A stretch of DNA of 64,000 nucleotides from Pseudomonadota bacterium. GTDB taxonomy: Bacteria > Pseudomonadota > Alphaproteobacteria > Rhodobacterales > Rhodobacteraceae. Shown piece after piece: positions 63,485 through 64,000 of the stretch (position 1 is its first letter; each line of letters opens with the position of its first letter). The notes under the pieces were generated by a model. That model made no database searches. It was not told the origin of the DNA and saw only the letters and a list, made by a program, of their open reading frames with translations. A program made the position numbers and the translations under genes. The stretch lies in assembly GCA_038527345.1 (NCBI GenBank), contig JBCBFX010000006.1, positions 640-64,639 on the forward strand, in the 5' to 3' direction.

Positions 63485-64000
63485 TTTCGTGTCCTCCTGA
63501 GGATTGAGACGTTAGTGTCTGCCGCCGGGATGGCATCCCGTTGGCCACGTCAGGCTGGACCGAACCAGAGCGGGAATCCTGAAACCCGTGCGAAACATCT
63601 CCGAAATCGAAGCGGGGGCGATTTCAGCAGATTTCAGGAAAATTTCGTCTTTTTTTCAGGCGCGGAAATGCACGCCGGGGCAAGCATATGGGCAGGGATA
63701 GCCGCTAAGCGGTGATATGGGGATACTCGGATGCACGCATGCGACATCAAATTGCGCCGAAAGCGGTTAAACCGTGGGTGTCAATTGTCGTATGTGACTG
63801 ACGCATTTTGCCTACGCGCCCTGCAACAACCGGCGTTCTGCTGGCCTGTGTTCAGGTGATGCAGGGTCTATCGTCATACGAGAAGTCCTGTTACGCTTTC
63901 ACCGGATTGAGTGGGACGCCGGTTGTTGGATTGGCAAATGCATTGTCGGTTGCCGGTCGGGTGCGTCCCGGCCGGAAAACACACCGTGCAATCATGCCAG

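Overview
This is a high-GC alphaproteobacterial chromosome segment. It looks Rhodobacteraceae/roseobacter-like, judged from the dmdA-acuI and trgA-trgB-cysK gene orders and a TAXI-type TRAP transporter. I call about 55 protein genes and one tRNA-Ser(GGA). I saw no rRNA, CRISPR array, transposase, integrase or prophage block. Many very long ORFs in the six-frame track are antisense shadow ORFs typical of high-GC DNA and were discarded.

Layout of the window:
- 1-9.8 kb: organosulfur/DMSP locus with selenium-binding-protein-family methanethiol oxidase, a GntR regulator, the DUF2182/DUF1326 pair, DinB, dmdA and acuI.
- 9.8-15 kb: a secreted 4xPAN/apple + HExxH protease, a BCCT transporter and a class-V aminotransferase.
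- 15-24 kb: stress block with photolyase, cfa, trgAB, cysK, an MscS-family channel and AlaX, followed by tRNA-Ser.
- 24-30 kb: USP + TAXI-TRAP operon and a class-III aminotransferase.
- 30-36 kb: three uncharacterised envelope genes.
- 36-45 kb: a tight six-gene haem/flavin redox operon.
- 45-52.7 kb: ugpBAEC and a 2Fe-2S/molybdopterin dehydrogenase.
- 52.7-64 kb: accessory surface region.

The most novel-looking candidates are:
- The redox operon (36.4-45.2 kb), with a di-haem protein, GMC oxidoreductase, DyP, a catalase-fold protein and two unknowns.
- The envelope genes at 30-36 kb: a membrane-embedded DUF2235 hydrolase, an Ig-repeat/PG-binding-like single-pass protein, and a translationally coupled small protein.
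- Three tandem secreted phage-tail-collar-domain proteins (52.7-54.8 kb) next to an amino-sugar/B12-radical-SAM glycan cluster.
- An orphan 441-aa + 339-aa gene pair (61.1-63.5 kb).

All functional calls come from motif and family recognition by eye. No database search was run.
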